64,000 nt of DNA from a bacterium. GTDB lineage: Bacteria; SAR324; NAC60-12. Positions 62,896 through 64,000 of this stretch are shown piece after piece. Location of the stretch: NCBI GenBank assembly GCA_965205865.1, contig CBDBHR010000030.1, positions 576,001-640,000 of the forward strand, in the 5' to 3' direction. Made by a program: the position numbers and the translations under genes. Positions within the stretch are counted from its first letter, which is position 1, and every line of letters starts with the position of its first letter. Under the pieces are notes generated by a model. That model was not told where the DNA came from and ran no database searches. It saw only the letters and a program-made list of their open reading frames with translations.

Positions 62896-63663
62896 ATGAA
62901 ATTGAAAGATAAAATTGCCGTAGTGACGGGAGGAGCTAATGGAATTGGCAGGGCCATGGCCTTACGTTTTGTAAAAGAAGGGGCAAAGACGGTGATGATC
63001 GCCGATTTGGATGCTGCCCATTCCCAGGTAGTGGCAAAAGATATTGGCGCCGAGAGTATGCGGGTGGATGTCAGCCGAGAGGACGACATTGTCTGCCTGG
63101 TGGAGAAAACAGAAAAACAATTTGGTCCGATCGACTTGTTTTGCTCCAATGCCGGAATCTCCGTCGCAGGGGGATTTGAAGCGTCCAATACGGATTGGCA
63201 ACGGATTTGGGAGATCAATCTGATGGCCCACGTCTACGCCGCGCGCGCAGTTGTCCCTGCCATGATTGCCCGGGGTGGTGGCTATCTCTTGAATACCGCT
63301 TCTGCGGCGGGACTGTTGAATCAAATCGGATCCGCCCCTTATGGAGTGACCAAGCATGCGGCTGTCGGCTTTGCCGAATACCTTGCAATTTCCTATGGTT
63401 CTCGAGGCATTAAGGTTTCGGTTCTTTGTCCACAAGCTGTCCGTACAAACATGACGGGCGGTTTGCTAAATGGGGGCGTTGCCGGGGTGGACGGCATGCT
63501 TGAACCGCAAGAAGTTGCCGACTGCGTGATCAGGACGCTGGATGAAGAACGTTTTCTGGTTTTGCCGCATCCGACCGTTTTGACTTATATGCAGCGTAAA
63601 ACTTCCGACTATGACCGCTGGCTCAATGGCATGCGACGTTTGAATGACCGTTTCAGTATTTAA
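62896..63663 (+). CDS. Short-chain dehydrogenase/reductase
   Basis: TGGANGIG, SNAG, YGVTK. Confidence 0.92.
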   Translation: MKLKDKIAVVTGGANGIGRAMALRFVKEGAKTVMIADLDAAHSQVVAKDIGAESMRVDVSREDDIVCLVEKTEKQFGPIDLFCSNAGISVAGGFEASNTDWQRIWEINLMAHVYAARAVVPAMIARGGGYLLNTASAAGLLNQIGSAPYGVTKHAAVGFAEYLAISYGSRGIKVSVLCPQAVRTNMTGGLLNGGVAGVDGMLEPQEVADCVIRTLDEERFLVLPHPTVLTYMQRKTSDYDRWLNGMRRLNDRFSI

Positions 63664-63723
63664 TTTTCTTTTCAAATCTTTTTTTCAACGAAATATTTCA
63701 ACTTCAGAAAAAGGTATAATTCA

Positions 63724-64000
63724 ATGATTGATCTTTATTTTTGGCCAACGCCCAACGGATGGAAAATCACCATCATGCTCGAAGAATGCAACTTGCCTTA
63801 CAATTTGATCCCCGTGAATATCGGACGAGGGGATCAATTCAAAGCGGAATTTCTCAAGATCAGTCCCAATAACCGCATGCCCGCCATAGTGGACCATGAT
63901 GCGGAAGGGAACGTGATTTCTATTTTTGAATCAGGGGCTATCTTGATGTATTTGGCAGAAAAAACCGGGAAATTCATGCCATCGGAGTTGAATAAACGCT
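63724..64000 (+). CDS. Glutathione S-transferase (YfcG-like), 3'-partial
   Basis: MIDLYFWPTPNGWKITIMLEE..ISPNNRMPAIVD..FESGAILMYLAEK. Confidence 0.9.
   Translation, partial: MIDLYFWPTPNGWKITIMLEECNLPYNLIPVNIGRGDQFKAEFLKISPNNRMPAIVDHDAEGNVISIFESGAILMYLAEKTGKFMPSELNKR

Overview
Bacterial chromosomal window. A deltaproteobacterial/SAR324-like origin is a weak inference from the housekeeping proteins. 1-10.4 kb is the decaying end of a surface-polysaccharide cluster: methyltransferase, GT4s, DUF362, CapK-like ligase, an internally deleted asnB, a frameshifted GT4, a nucleotide-sugar dehydrogenase and an epimerase. 10.2-13.3 kb holds two toxin-antitoxin modules (hicAB; DUF433/DUF5615 interrupted by IS1595), each preceded by a copy of the epimerase 3' end plus an inverted-repeat element. 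Next come aroK, cobA-hemD, an IS630 inserted into a mosaic palindromic repeat array, and tRNA-Ser(TGA)/Ser(GCT)/Arg(GCG). The remainder is mostly core genes: glcDEF, moxR/DUF58, rpoBC, batD/E, ABC-F, cheY, prfB, MATE, msbA-like ABC, cysS, glgP, mscS, SDR and GST. Main oddities: gene-tail-plus-TA cassette architecture, a REP-type palindrome in frame inside glcE, a tandem-repeat tail on RpoC, a rare tRNA-Arg(GCG), MITE-like elements carrying REP hairpins, and two candidate structured RNAs. All calls come from reading motifs by eye; no searches were run, and some start codons are my estimates.
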